From positions 1 to 41,676 of IMG/VR virus record IMGVR_UViG_3300037515_000203: DNA of 41,676 nucleotides. One strand, 5' to 3'. Below, piece after piece: positions 37,779 through 41,676 of the stretch. The stretch comes from a virus. Lineage: Duplodnaviria; Caudoviricetes. The first letter of the stretch is position 1; each line of letters begins with the position of its first letter. The notes under the pieces are model-generated. The model saw only the letters and a list, made by a program, of their open reading frames with translations. It was not told the DNA's origin and did no database searches. The position numbers and the translations under genes were made by a program.

Positions 37779-38435
37779 TCATCCCAAGCGCGCCTCGAAG
37801 GTTCCATACGGCCCCGGCGTTCTCCCACCCGGGCGCCAGTCGCAGAGGCCCTTGTATTGCCCCGCGTATTCGAGGATGTTCAGCAGCGCCTTGTCGTCGA
37901 GCTGCTCGTCCCAGATAACGAACGTTCCGCTGATGCTCCAGTTCGAAAATTGCGGCCGCACGCGAATATGTTTCGAGGAGCCGATCTTGGCGCGCTTGAT
38001 CAAGAGATCAAAGCCTAGGTCCTGCGCGGCTTTTTTGTGAGCGGCAAATTTTGGAACGTCTTTCAGCTGCTCGATCGACTTCCACGTGATGGTGTCATTC
38101 TCGACCTTGAGCGGCCACAACGGTTCCTGCGACATCATCCCGCTCTGCGTCTGCGCCTTGAAGGTCTTGCCGGATTTCCCGCCCGGCACAGGCACCATCG
38201 CTCCGCCTTCCATGAGGCAGCGCATGATGTTGGCCGACGGAATGCCGAGCAGTTTGCCGTCGTGGTAGCAGCAACCGAGCCAACGCCAGGCGGGCGTGCG
38301 GTCATCCCCCGCCTTGCTGTGCTTCTTGTTGGCCGGATCGGACTTCCATTCATCCATGAAGTCCGCCCACTCGATGTTATCGTGATGCATCAACAGCGGG
38401 GTTTTCCCCGTGAAGGTGACTTTATAGGTGCGCAT
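37779..38435 (-). CDS. Stand-alone RAMP/Cas7-like protein (Vipr-like candidate), 218 aa
   Basis: AGGAG RBS; YKVTFTGKTPLLMH first strand, GIPSANIMRCL (IPxxx+K/R-like), R.RP.F..W, C-terminal Gly-rich loop AGQYKGLCDWRPGG..PGPYGTF; flanked by GGC-NN arrays. Confidence 0.7.
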   Translation of the reverse strand: MRTYKVTFTGKTPLLMHHDNIEWADFMDEWKSDPANKKHSKAGDDRTPAWRWLGCCYHDGKLLGIPSANIMRCLMEGGAMVPVPGGKSGKTFKAQTQSGMMSQEPLWPLKVENDTITWKSIEQLKDVPKFAAHKKAAQDLGFDLLIKRAKIGSSKHIRVRPQFSNWSISGTFVIWDEQLDDKALLNILEYAGQYKGLCDWRPGGRTPGPYGTFEARLG

Positions 38436-38496
38436 GTGTTCTCCTGGGCTGGTGCGCAATTGCACCGGAAGGGCGCCTCGTCAGAAGCGCCTATCC

Positions 38497-38607
38497 ATTG
38501 CATTGCAATCCTTGCCTCGCCCCGCCTGGCCCCGCCACGCCAAGCCTGGCCCCGCCACGCCATGCCTCGCCGCGCCATGCCTGGCCGCGAGCCCAACAGA
38601 ATTCGGT
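38497..38607 (-). ncRNA. GGC-NN pentamer array 2 with linker and terminal hairpin (candidate guide RNA)
   Basis: Linker ACCGAATTCTGTTGGGCTCGC; 15 perfect GGC-NN units at 38512-38586; then GG-ATTGC-AAT-GCAAT. Confidence 0.7.
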
Positions 38608-38614
38608 GATGCGT

Positions 38615-38682
38615 GGTCATAGACCCCTTGCCTTGCCCAGCGCTGCCCGGACCGGCCAAGCCCTGCCAAGCCCTGGCCCGCC
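38615..38682 (-). ncRNA. Degenerate GGC-NN array 1 with terminal hairpin
   Basis: 11 pentamers at 38628-38682 (3 imperfect); then GG-GGTC-TAT-GACC. Confidence 0.55.
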
Positions 38683-38844
38683 CCGATGGAAAACCCAGCG
38701 ACAACCGAGCCATGCGATCGCCCGTGCGCGCGCCTCGTCATAACGCGCAGGTTTGTCTGGCTTGAACCCGCGAATTCGTTCGATCGTATGCGCGATGTCT
38801 TCGGCATAGGCTTCGCGCGTATTCATGGGTTGATGCAGACTCAT
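38617..38844 (-). CDS. Hypothetical protein; 3' end runs through array 1
   Basis: ATGA overlap with the upstream ORF; protein-like up to AIAWLGCRWVFH. Confidence 0.5.
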   Translation of the reverse strand: MSLHQPMNTREAYAEDIAHTIERIRGFKPDKPARYDEARARAIAWLGCRWVFHRGGPGLGRAWPVRAALGKARGL

Positions 38845-38975
38845 GGTTTTGCCTTTCCAAGATTGCCGCGGCCGCGTTTAACGGCGAGCTCGGCGTCCTC
38901 CCGCCGCCGCTCGACGTGCAGCCGCCAGATGCCGAGGATGGCGATGGCGAGTAGGAGGATGAGGTCGAGGCTCAC
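38841..38975 (-). CDS. Small membrane protein (44 aa, not in ORF track)
   Basis: MSLDLILLLAIAILGIWRL...; coupled to neighbours at both ends. Confidence 0.5.
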   Translation of the reverse strand: MSLDLILLLAIAILGIWRLHVERRREDAELAVKRGRGNLGKAKP

Positions 38976-39160
38976 CGCTGTGGCCTCGGCGGCAAGCTGA
39001 TGTTGCGGCGCACCTGGCGGTCCATGCGTGCGGCGCCGGAGCGCTCGCCCAGGGCGAAGCCGAACAGATAGCCCGCTAGGAACGCGAACACGCCGACGAG
39101 AAGCAGTAGCACGAAAAGCTGCGACTCGAAAACCGGCGGGACGGGGACGGGGGCGATCAT
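38972..39160 (-). CDS. Small membrane protein, first gene of the leftward early operon
   Basis: One long TM segment; ATG 6 nt after the pL -10 box, so probably leaderless. Confidence 0.55.
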   Translation of the reverse strand: MIAPVPVPPVFESQLFVLLLLVGVFAFLAGYLFGFALGERSGAARMDRQVRRNISLPPRPQR

Positions 39161-39166
39161 GCAGGC

Positions 39167-39208
39167 ATGATAGGACATAGATGTCCCTCCGTCAAGACAT
39201 TTATGTCT
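39167..39208 (-). promoter_or_regulatory. pL-like promoter with two palindromic operators
   Basis: TTGACG-17-TATCAT on the - strand; GGACAT-AG-ATGTCC at 39173-39186 and AGACAT-TT-ATGTCT at 39195-39208. Confidence 0.85.
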
Positions 39209-39299
39209 CGCCTGAGGCGAAAACGAACAGACTGGACCCGGCGGGGAGCGCTCAGGCGGCCTGTCGACTTAGTTTCTCAGCTATACGGGAGTCGATCGA

Positions 39300-39677
39300 C
39301 TAGTTCTTGATCAGGAGATCGTAGACGACCTCCTTGCTATCGACGCACACGCCTGTTGCTTGCGTCATCAACATATCGAACGCGAAATCGCAGCGAATCT
39401 GTCCGGCGGTGCCCAACAGCAGCGCCGAGGCCTTGTTCGTGTGTGTCGTCGACGTAGCGGGTCCCCAAAGCCCCGCCATGGTCGTGCTCGTCTCCATGAT
39501 CATTGGGCCTCGGTATTCATTGCCCTGGATCTGCACGGTGAGCGTGTTCGTGATCCGATCAAGCTCACCATAACCTTGCGTACGGTCCGCGCCGCGCGGA
39601 AAAAGTGTGGCGGATTGCCGGGCGGCGCAAGCCGAGAGCAGCACCACAATCAATAGTGAAAACAGACGTTTCTCCAT
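39300..39677 (-). CDS. Lipoprotein downstream of the repressor (possible superinfection exclusion)
   Basis: GAGGAG RBS; signal peptide with lipobox LLSA-C. Confidence 0.75.
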   Translation of the reverse strand: MEKRLFSLLIVVLLSACAARQSATLFPRGADRTQGYGELDRITNTLTVQIQGNEYRGPMIMETSTTMAGLWGPATSTTHTNKASALLLGTAGQIRCDFAFDMLMTQATGVCVDSKEVVYDLLIKN

Positions 39678-39693
39678 TGTTGGCTCCTCGTTG

Positions 39694-40131
39694 TCAGCGC
39701 GTGCGCGTCTTGTCGGAGGGCAGGCTGGCGGGCTGGCGCGCTACAAAACTGCTGGTTTCCTCCGGATTTCCGCTGAAAAGCCTGCTCACTTCGTCGCGTG
39801 CGTTCGGGGAGAGACTGACGATGCGCTGGGCGAGCTGCATCGATGTGGCGTCCGGGATCTGTGGGCCCGGCGGGTGTTTGGGATCTAGGCCGGACAGAAA
39901 CAAACACCAAAGCGGGACACGCAGTGAGTCTGCGATCGCGATCATGGTGTCGAGCTGCGGCCATATTTCCTCGCCGCTCTTGATGCGGTTGATGGTGCGG
40001 GCGCTGACGCGCGTGCCGTCGCTGGGTTTGACGGTGCGGCGCGCCAGCTTGGCGCCGGAGTTGACGCGTGGGTCCGATTCCATGAGCCGTTTCACGTTGT
40101 CCGCGAAGATTTTTCGGTAATCGCCGGGCAT
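39694..40131 (-). CDS. CI-like XRE HTH repressor without a peptidase domain
   Basis: FADNVKRLM, LARR...VSARTINRI.SGE..PQLDT..AIA..L.VP.W.L; divergent from cro. Confidence 0.8.
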   Translation of the reverse strand: MPGDYRKIFADNVKRLMESDPRVNSGAKLARRTVKPSDGTRVSARTINRIKSGEEIWPQLDTMIAIADSLRVPLWCLFLSGLDPKHPPGPQIPDATSMQLAQRIVSLSPNARDEVSRLFSGNPEETSSFVARQPASLPSDKTRTR

Positions 40132-40155
40132 GAGGCGATGATATTCGCCCCGTTC

Positions 40156-40198
40156 GGCCATTGGTGTCTTGACCGCCGGGACAATAATGGCGCAGAAT
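40156..40198 (+). promoter_or_regulatory. pR-like promoter with two degenerate operators
   Basis: TTGACC-18-CAGAAT; GGCCAT-TG-GTGTCT and GGACAA-TA-ATGGCG arranged as at pL. Confidence 0.6.
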
Positions 40199-40206
40199 GT
40201 GCTCGT

Positions 40207-40449
40207 ATGCAAGAAACAACGCTCCTTGAGTTTGTCATCATCGGGCTGCGCCGGCACAAAGGTGCCTGGGTGGCGATCGCTCGCGAGACTGGCGTCAACT
40301 ACAAGACGATTTGCAATATCGTCAATGGCGTAAGCGAAGATCCAGGCGTGCGCAAATGCGAGGCACTGGCGAAGAACATCCGCTTGCGCGACGAGCAGGC
40401 GCTAGCTCGCCAGGGCACCACGTTTACCTCGGTTCGCACGCCCGCATGA
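40207..40449 (+). CDS. Cro-like HTH protein
   Basis: W.AIARETGVNYKTI.NI.NG...DPGV...EAL. Confidence 0.8.
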   Translation: MQETTLLEFVIIGLRRHKGAWVAIARETGVNYKTICNIVNGVSEDPGVRKCEALAKNIRLRDEQALARQGTTFTSVRTPA

Positions 40450-40919
40450 GCCTCCGTCGCAAGGATTTCCGCTGCGAGCTCGATGCCGAGCTGCACGAGT
40501 GGCTGACAATCATTGCGGAATTCGAGGCTAGGGATATTTCCGATCTCGGTCGAATGTTGCTCGAAAAGACGATCGTCGGAGAGTCGTTGCGGTATGAGCG
40601 CCTTGGGCACCGTGCGCTCACCATCGGAGGCGGCAATGATTCGGCAGAGGCTCAACGCGCCGGATTCGTCTATGTGATTCAGATCGGAGATCGATACAAA
40701 ATCGGGAAGGCCGAGGATTGGAGAAAGCGCCTCTCGAACGCAATGTTCCCGGCGCCGCCGCGCGTTGTATGTGTCATCGAGACAGATGATCGGCATGAAC
40801 TCGAGCAGACGCTCCATCGCAGATATTCCGAAATGAGAACGCACGGCGAATGGTTCAGCCTCGCCCTGGCGCAGGTGGAAGAATTGAAAAATCATCCCGG
40901 TGCGTCGGTGCCTATATGA
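40446..40919 (+). CDS. RHH-like N-terminus fused to a T5orf172/GIY-YIG-like domain
   Basis: GFVYVI.....KIG......RL...LE..LH.......GEWF; the N-terminal ~50 aa resemble the next gene. Confidence 0.75.
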   Translation: MSLRRKDFRCELDAELHEWLTIIAEFEARDISDLGRMLLEKTIVGESLRYERLGHRALTIGGGNDSAEAQRAGFVYVIQIGDRYKIGKAEDWRKRLSNAMFPAPPRVVCVIETDDRHELEQTLHRRYSEMRTHGEWFSLALAQVEELKNHPGASVPI

Positions 40920-41143
40920 GCGAACCGTTGAAATCGATTCACGTTCGTCTGTCGCCGGAAGCGCACAAGGTTCTCTCGGCGATCGGCGAGATCGAGGATA
41001 AGGACAACGCCGAAATGGCGCGCTTGATTCTCGAGGAAGTTCTGTTGGGCCGAATCCATACCCTGATGTTAGCGGCGCGACGCTATCGCGGCTTGGGATT
41101 CAGCGGGATCTTGCGGGATTTGGAGGGAGGCAAGGGGAAATGA
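40916..41143 (+). CDS. RHH-type regulator in the CII position
   Basis: KSIHVRLSPEAHKVL..I.......AEMARLILEE. Confidence 0.65.
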   Translation: MSEPLKSIHVRLSPEAHKVLSAIGEIEDKDNAEMARLILEEVLLGRIHTLMLAARRYRGLGFSGILRDLEGGKGK

Positions 41144-41325
41144 CCCCCTCCGACCTCACGCCCGACCTGTTCGGCGCTCCCGCTCTCAGCCGATCACAGC
41201 AGTGCATCGCGGCGGCGAGACGCTACGCCGAGAAGCTGCCGCACGCGCGTGGCGGGGCGAAGCCGCTCGTGTACCGACAGATGATCGACGCGCTGAAACG
41301 CGCCACCAGCGGGGGCCGGGGTTGA
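41140..41325 (+). CDS. Hypothetical protein
   Basis: ATGA overlap; purine-rich RBS. Confidence 0.5.
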   Translation: MTPSDLTPDLFGAPALSRSQQCIAAARRYAEKLPHARGGAKPLVYRQMIDALKRATSGGRG

Positions 41326-41676
41326 AAATCACCGATCTGAAACCCCGCGTGGTGCGACCAGACGCGGAGCGCGAAAGGTCCGCGCTCGTAGTCGAGCGGA
41401 TGGAATTCCGCCAGCGCCGCAGCGCGGCGAGCAAGAAGGCGTTGGCCGACCCGGCGGTGCGCGCGCGGATGAGCGCGGCGAGCAAGAAGGCGTTGGCCGA
41501 CCCGGCGGTGCGCGCGCGGATGAGCGCGGCGAGCAAGAAGGCGTGGGCCGACCCGGCGGTGCGCGCGCGGATGAGCGCGGCGAGCAAGAAGGCGTGGGCC
41601 GACCCGGCGGTGCGCGCGCGGATGAGCGCGGCGGGCAAGAAGGCGTGGGCCGACCCGGCGGTGCGCGGGGGGCTGG
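41322..41676 (+). CDS. Partial protein with NUMOD3-like 17-aa repeats (runs off the window)
   Basis: TTG start overlapping the upstream stop; SAASKKA(L/W)ADPAVRARM about 5 times. Confidence 0.6.
   Translation, partial: MKITDLKPRVVRPDAERERSALVVERMEFRQRRSAASKKALADPAVRARMSAASKKALADPAVRARMSAASKKAWADPAVRARMSAASKKAWADPAVRARMSAAGKKAWADPAVRGGL
41421..41667 (+). repeat. 51-bp tandem repeat, about 4.8 copies
   Basis: Near-identical units starting at 41421, 41472, 41523, 41574, 41625. Confidence 0.95.

Noticed and set aside
37495-37918. Gly/Arg/Ala/Pro-rich ORFs over arrays 3-4, and those over arrays 1-2 (38390-38807)
   Set aside because: GC-rich pentamer tracts lack stops in most frames. The 5-nt period and hairpins fit RNA rather than protein.
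37528-38682. Classical CRISPR array or simple microsatellite
   Set aside because: There is no repeat-spacer structure. The NN positions are heterogeneous and bounded by conserved structures.
40181-40206. Self-target of array 2 at pR
   Set aside because: Only a few dinucleotides match in a gapped alignment, which is consistent with chance.
41421-41667. CRISPR array or replication iterons
   Set aside because: Head-to-tail in-frame coding repeat without spacers.

Overview
This 41.7-kb, GC-rich window is most of a temperate HK97/lambda-like siphophage of a Gram-negative host. The attP is intact, so this is the excised form. The contig breaks in a 51-bp tandem repeat and no replication genes were recognised. 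The + strand (78-29480) carries terminases, a protease-capsid fusion, portal, head-tail genes interrupted by two glycosyltransferase/methyltransferase clusters, tail genes with a -1 frameshift chaperone, and a lysis cassette. A tRNA-like gene and a tRNA-Lys attP follow. The - strand (29888-40131) carries the integrase, excisionase, an early accessory operon and the repressor; Cro and two RHH regulators follow on +. The strongest finding is a stand-alone RAMP/Cas7-like gene (37779-38435, -) flanked on both sides by four arrays of GGC-NN pentamers. Each array ends in a covarying hairpin, and a conserved linker joins each pair. This is a candidate RNA-guided system with a non-contiguous guide code; from memory it resembles recently reported phage VIPR systems, which needs checking. 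Other findings are a likely virion-glycosylation system with a recurrent Gly-Ser-Pro motif in structural proteins, a recombination scar in that module, a three-unit domain-shuffling gene array, and a tRNA with an aberrant anticodon arm. All calls come from reading motifs and gene order by eye; no searches were run.
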